Virus genome (UHGV): UHGV-0325397
Source of the DNA: a virus
Length of the DNA: 14,104 nt
Strand: one strand, 5' to 3'
The notes beneath the pieces are model-generated. The model saw only the letters and a program-made list of their open reading frames with translations. It was not told where the DNA came from and did no database searches. Shown here in pieces: positions 13,937 to 14,104 of this stretch (position 1 is the stretch's first letter; each line of letters starts with the position of its first letter). Both the position numbers and the translations under genes were made by a program.

Positions 13937-14104
13937 TTAATCACGACCTTTCTGAAAGCACATCAAACCAAATACCAGACAGACAAAAATAATCACCTTA
14001 TCCGCTGTGGCTACGGTGCGGTGTGCTTTGCATAAAAGAAAACCAGCGCAATGGCTGGCTTCGTGAAAGCGGGTGGCAAGAGGTTGCGCTAACAACCTCC
14101 TGCC

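Overview
The window reads as the early/regulatory half of a mosaic lambdoid (lambda-like) prophage. From left to right: a tyrosine integrase (+) at the left edge; a leftward pL-type operon on the minus strand (AlpA-like excisionase, unknown ORFs, SSB plus a Rad52-like annealase in place of exo/bet/gam, a cIII-like peptide, three unknown accessory genes at the ral/sieB position, a short arginine-rich N-like protein with nutL); a CI-type repressor with tripartite OL and OR operators; and a rightward pR operon (cro, nutR, tR1, cII, an AT-rich GIY-YIG/T5orf172-like insert, O with internal origin iterons, a DnaC-like loader, ren, a tR2-like terminator, ninB, ninD, ninF, a Rha/KilAC-like protein, YbcO-like, an AT-rich HNH endonuclease insert, rusA, ninH, Q, pR' and tR'). 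Several proteins (NinB, NinD, NinF, NinH, Q, Ren, cII) match lambda proteins as I remember them, whereas the immunity, recombination and replication modules are non-lambda. All calls come from reading the ORF translations and the DNA by eye; no database search or composition calculation was run. The most interesting candidates for undescribed function are the GIY-YIG/T5orf172-like gene wedged between cII and O, the three-gene accessory cluster next to N, the in-frame stop in the N-like gene, and the SSB with an extended C-terminus.
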